Shown in pieces: positions 39,287 through 39,726 of a stretch of DNA of 39,726 bases. Where the stretch lies: assembly GCA_000934665.2 (NCBI GenBank), contig KZ538933.1, forward strand, positions 1 to 39,726, written 5' to 3'. Numbering within the stretch: the stretch's first letter is position 1; each line of letters starts with the position of its first letter. The notes under the pieces are model-generated. The model had not been told where the DNA came from, searched no databases, and worked only from the letters and a program-made list of their open reading frames with translations. Source of the stretch: Catajapyx aquilonaris. Its lineage: Eukaryota. The position numbers and the translations under genes are program-made.

Positions 39287-39726
39287 GTGGGTGGGGAGTG
39301 ACCTAACCTGAGTCTTCAATAACCATGCCCCCGACCCTTCCCGCCCAACTAGCCATAAGCAACATTGACGAAGGCACTAAAAACACACCATCTTTTTAAC
39401 TAATTCGAATAATCAAGTGCTTGAACAATGTAAACGAGATATTCAGCATACGATTTTTTCACGGTAAAAAAATCGCATGTTGATGAATCCGCCCCAGGTG
39501 TTTCCTTTTGGGTATATTGTTGTGAGACAATAATGGCACAACAATGATTGTGCACAGATTTAGGTGGCCATGCTCTACAGGCAATGTTGCACTGTGCCGC
39601 TGAAAATTATTTTTTTAAAAGTGTGCTACTGTGAAGGTGGGATTAAAGGTCAAGAAGACGCAATCCAGCCAGGAGTGAAGAAATACTCTAGGAATGCAAA
39701 ACTTGCCACCGACACGCAGATATGAG

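Larger units (their letters stand above)
37699..39494. mobile_element. Possible Harbinger-like element (or paired ends) enclosing nested insertions
   Basis: CAG|GGGGTGGATTCATGA at the left and TGATGAATCCGCCC|CAG at the right. An alternative right end ATGAATCCGGC lies near 38844-38854. TCGTAA/TTACGA motifs cluster near 37735-37835 and 38800-38870. Confidence 0.35.

Noticed and set aside
38881..39306. 141-aa ORF, and the mirror ORFs at 27420-27620 / 27706-27933 and 5192-5404 / 5768-5971
   Set aside because: These are by-products of palindromic elements and show no recognisable domain.

Overview
This is animal (most likely arthropod or other invertebrate) genomic DNA, not prokaryotic. The only host gene I can support is the 3' part of YIPF5 (Yip1 family) on the + strand: a 182-nt coding exon (1317-1498), a 13.3-kb GT-AG intron, and a 163-nt terminal exon (14788-14950). 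The rest is non-coding and dense in non-autonomous mobile elements. These include six well-defined tRNA-derived SINE copies with identifiable target-site duplications, one headless copy, and about ten foldback/MITE DNA elements (Tc1/mariner-, pogo/Tigger-, CACTA-, hAT/P- and Harbinger-like termini), several of them nested. The most notable signal is a modular SINE system. SINEs with different heads and bodies end in the same 3' RNA architecture (hairpin-CCCC-AAA-hairpin-GGGG-TA), with compensatory changes in the inner stem. Some share a central domain I do not recognise, and some copies have the same body but swapped tails. Nearly all ORFs in the supplied track look spurious. Family assignments come from terminal motifs and from memory; no database search was run.
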